The position numbers were made by a program, and so were the translations under genes. Shown one piece after another: positions 63,044-64,000 of a stretch of 64,000 nt of DNA. This DNA comes from the human T2T-CHM13v2.0 reference genome, Homo sapiens. Each line of letters opens with the position of its first letter. The stretch's first letter is position 1. The stretch lies in assembly GCF_009914755.1 (NCBI RefSeq), contig NC_060927.1; one strand, 5' to 3'. The notes beneath the pieces are model-generated. The model did not search any database. It saw only the letters and a program-made list of their open reading frames with translations, and was not told where the DNA came from.

Positions 63044-64000
63044 TAGCTATCTAAAACATTGTTTCCATATAGGCAGAAAAACCAGCCTCTAATTTTATTT
63101 TCTGTAAAAGAAATGCACAATGGCAACAAATTAAAGGATACAAAATAAATTGTAACATATCAAACAGGACAAAAAAACATAACGTTGAAAAGCAACCAAG
63201 CTTCATCCTAACTCTACCGCCAGGGCCACTGCCCAAGGACAACATCTTTTACATGTTTTTGTTTGTTTGGAATTACTTCAATATTTCTAAATATGCTCAT
63301 TCAACTTTAAATAAAATCTAATGACTCCCTGCTACAAAGGATAAAGATTATGTTAATACCCACTGGTCCAATATTTAACAGTTGCATTAAGTTTGCGTCT
63401 TTTGTTGGTTTTCTTTGTAACTTTTTTTTTTTTTTTCCTTTTTGGAGACACGGTCTCCCTCTGTTGCCCAGGCTGGAGTACAGTGGCATGATCTTGGCTC
63501 ACTGCAACTTCTTCCTCCCAGGTTCAAGCAATTCTCCTGCCTCAGCCTCCTGAGTAACTGAGATTACAGGTGTGGGCCACCATGCCCAGCTAATTTTTAT
63601 ATTTTTAGTGAAGACGGGGTTTCACCATGTTGGTCAGGCTTCTCTCAAACTGACCTCAGGTGGTCTGCCTGCCTCAGCCTCCCAAAGTGGTGGTATTACA
63701 GGCATGAGCCACCACGCTTCTTTGTAACTCTGAATAATACAAGATAAAACACTAGATAACATTTCAACTTTAGGTAGTATTACAACTCTCCACTATTAAC
63801 ACCACCATTCTTCCTTCACACCTTTTTCTCACCTCCCTTAAACACAAGAAGTCTTTTGTGTTTTGTCCATAGGTTGACACAGTTAATAGCCAACTTCCAG
63901 ACTAAGGAGTGTGCTAGGATTACATCTTCTCTTTTACAGAACCACTGAACCACCGTGAAAACCACTAGAAAACCACTCAAAGGAAAATATAGAAAGCATC

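Overview
Hominid (almost certainly human) genomic DNA, very rich in Alu elements (roughly 75-80 copies or fragments counted by eye) with many old L1, L2, MIR, LTR and DNA-transposon relics. It contains no intact protein-coding sequence; nearly all ORF-track entries are Alu, SVA, L1 or GC-rich CpG-island artefacts. The functional core is a CpG-island promoter at ~54.2-55.8 kb. Its non-coding first exon on the minus strand (donor GAG|GTGAGT at 54909/54908) matches my recollection of the STAG1 (cohesin SA-1) 5'UTR; this is from memory, not a database search. On that reading, bases 1-54908 are STAG1 intron 1. The intron holds a full-length SVA with a 17-bp TSD, a 3'-truncated U6 retropseudogene with a 16-bp TSD, and a disabled DNAJC8 processed pseudogene nested inside an Alu that is itself inside another Alu. 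The most interesting observations are: two same-orientation CTCF motifs and three short uORFs in exon 1 of the cohesin gene; the multi-layer nested insertion, possibly inside an orphan retrotransposed segment that splits an L1; and several short local templated duplications. I found no convincing evidence of a novel biological system.
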